Of a stretch of 64,000 nt of DNA, positions 62,222-64,000 are shown in pieces (the first letter of the stretch is position 1; every line of letters begins with the position of its first letter). Below the pieces are notes generated by a model. The model did no database searches, was not told the origin of the DNA, and saw only the letters and a list, made by a program, of their open reading frames with translations. Source of the stretch: an uncultured virus (IMG/VR IMGVR_UViG_3300037991_001521) (taxonomy: Duplodnaviria > Heunggongvirae > Uroviricota > Caudoviricetes > Autographiviridae); the IMG/VR virus record IMGVR_UViG_3300037991_001521, positions 1 through 64,000 of that record; one strand, 5' to 3'. The position numbers and the translations under genes are program-made.

Positions 62222-63790
62222 TTAGGTGGTTTCTTGTTCGGGTGGTTGTTCTGCCATTTCAGGATTTTTAGAAGGATCCATCATCGGCGTTTTCATTGCA
62301 TCAACGCTAAGTTTCTGCTGTTCAAGTTGCATCTGTTGTTGCATCTGTTGTTGGCGTTCACCCTGCACCTCTTCCATAGAACGTACAAGATTTAGTACGT
62401 CAATACCTTGAGATGCAGCAAGACGTTTGATGACTTCGTCAGTGTTAATAAACTGTGCAATGGACTCAGGTCCTAGAGTCTGTGCCAGTGTTGTCAGGAA
62501 TGAACCAAGGCTTTCACGATCTTGGCCGCGGCCTAGTGCGTTGACACCTGCAACAATAGTAGGCTTGACAATGTTCTTAGGAATGCGTGGGATCTCACCC
62601 TTACGCTGTGCTTCACTAAGTTTTCGATTGAGATAAGGAACAAGAAAGTCAACAGTCAGCAAACTAAACAAGCCACCGAGTTGTTGTTCCAGTTCCATTT
62701 GTGTCATACGTACCTCCTCTGCAGTTGTACGTTCTGATTGCCTGACATTGAGAATCAGAAACGCTTCGCTAAGGCGACGTTCTAATACTTGTGTCATTTC
62801 AAATGCAGTTCGGAAGTCTGCAGTCTTACCAACTTGCACAACACCCACGTCATCAGGACGACCCTGAATAATTGCACCGTTGCCTGCAGCTGCAAGTGTA
62901 CTGGGTTTGGTTGTACTAGAAGGGCTGACAGTAAACACAACCTTAGCGGCTGCTGCACTGCCTTCAACCAAAGCTTGGCTAAGACCTTCTAAAGACTTAA
63001 GGTCACCAATAAATTGACCAACCCTGCCACGTCCATAGCTTTCACCATCGACTGTGTTGAATCGCAGGGGAATCCAAGGGGTGTTGTTAATAGGTGACTT
63101 GCCTTGCGAACCTTTAATAATTTTGTCAGACACTTCTTGGTGCCAAACAAACCTGTTGTTGTCACGCTTGACATGTGTATATACATCAATGTCATCAGCG
63201 TAGGAGCCTTCTTCACTCACACTTTTCGTGTCAGCAAAGAAATCTTTGGGCAGTTGATCCCGAAGGATTCGTTTTGAAATACGTTCTTTTGTAATTATTT
63301 CAACTACTTGACCGTTGCCGTCCCGATCCACAACGTAGCGATTCAAAGGGTAGACTTTTAATCCATTCTTGCTCATAAAAATCATAGCGTTTCCTGCGAC
63401 AACCAAATGCAACAAAGCTTGATGCACCGCAACACGGTCATCAGACGCAGCAATTGATTCTAGAATGATACGTTCGATTTTTGCAAAAGACAAATCAAGT
63501 TCGGATTTGATTTCTGGTCCGAAATCTTGACCCAACTGACTTTCGTCAAGTTGCAATTTAAAGAAACTGGTTTGCACAGGGAGTAGCGCCAGCATCAACT
63601 TTGATGCCAGCGTCACACAGCCCTTCGCCCCAACGCTTTGGTATGGTGTCTTCAATTGTTTCATGCCCATGGTGTATTCTTCATGACCACGAATCAAGTA
63701 TGGAAGTGTCAGTTCTGATGCTTGACGTGCTTCTTCAAGAAACTGGGAACGGTCGCTAGTTAAATAATCATATCGTGTACGTGCAGACAT
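62222..63790 (-). CDS. Portal / head-tail connector (gp8), copy B
   Basis: Homolog of 17030..18589. Confidence 0.96.
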   Translation of the reverse strand: MSARTRYDYLTSDRSQFLEEARQASELTLPYLIRGHEEYTMGMKQLKTPYQSVGAKGCVTLASKLMLALLPVQTSFFKLQLDESQLGQDFGPEIKSELDLSFAKIERIILESIAASDDRVAVHQALLHLVVAGNAMIFMSKNGLKVYPLNRYVVDRDGNGQVVEIITKERISKRILRDQLPKDFFADTKSVSEEGSYADDIDVYTHVKRDNNRFVWHQEVSDKIIKGSQGKSPINNTPWIPLRFNTVDGESYGRGRVGQFIGDLKSLEGLSQALVEGSAAAAKVVFTVSPSSTTKPSTLAAAGNGAIIQGRPDDVGVVQVGKTADFRTAFEMTQVLERRLSEAFLILNVRQSERTTAEEVRMTQMELEQQLGGLFSLLTVDFLVPYLNRKLSEAQRKGEIPRIPKNIVKPTIVAGVNALGRGQDRESLGSFLTTLAQTLGPESIAQFINTDEVIKRLAASQGIDVLNLVRSMEEVQGERQQQMQQQMQLEQQKLSVDAMKTPMMDPSKNPEMAEQPPEQETT

Positions 63791-64000
63791 TATACGTTAA
63801 GTGAAGAGATTTTCATTAGCCGTTCACCAGCGCGACCGAAGGTGCCACGGATACCACGACGTTTTAGTTGTTGTTGAGTTGCACCACCAGTGCCACGATC
63901 TGCAAACCGAATGCTTTCTACACGGGGACGTTCACTACGTTGTGCCATAGCCTGTGCAAAAGAACCTTGCATTTCTTCCATGCGTTTGGCTGCAGCATCA
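63790..64000 (-). CDS. Pre-portal virion protein, 3' part (5' end outside the window)
   Basis: Ends KISSLNV, like 18592..19455. Confidence 0.6.
   Translation of the reverse strand, partial: DAAAKRMEEMQGSFAQAMAQRSERPRVESIRFADRGTGGATQQQLKRRGIRGTFGRAGERLMKISSLNV

Overview
The window is T7-like (Autographiviridae) marine cyanopodovirus DNA. Essentially all real genes lie on the - strand; the long + strand ORFs are antisense shadows. Read on the - strand from 64000 down, it holds one late module (copy B: portal, scaffold, capsid, tail tubes A/B, three internal virion proteins, tail fibres, membrane proteins, TerS, HNH, TerL). An AT-rich genome-end region follows at about 33.7-34.45 kb, then early genes, a single-subunit RNAP, SSB, endonuclease, primase-helicase, a DNA polymerase in two ORFs, exonuclease, nblA, DUF3310, a MazG-like gene and a class I RNR. 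A second, clearly diverged late module (copy A) follows about 45.2 kb from copy B, so two related genomes are joined head to tail, most likely by assembly (three 10-N gaps are present). The two copies give a built-in comparative alignment. It shows a conserved array of structured RNAs between scaffold and capsid: a glutamine-II (Downstream-peptide) riboswitch before a DUF4278-type peptide, a second pseudoknot RNA of the same topology before a Cys-rich peptide, and a capsid leader whose perfect palindromes swap their central dinucleotide between copies yet stay self-complementary. Other points: a T7-promoter-like 21-mer repeated inside the RNAP gene and after terL, tandem LysR-type boxes at the first early promoter, an apparently circularly permuted M15 peptidase, and a fibre-anchor-like domain inserted in tail tube B. 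No psbA/hli, integrase, tRNA or CRISPR array was seen. All family assignments are from motif recognition, not database searches.
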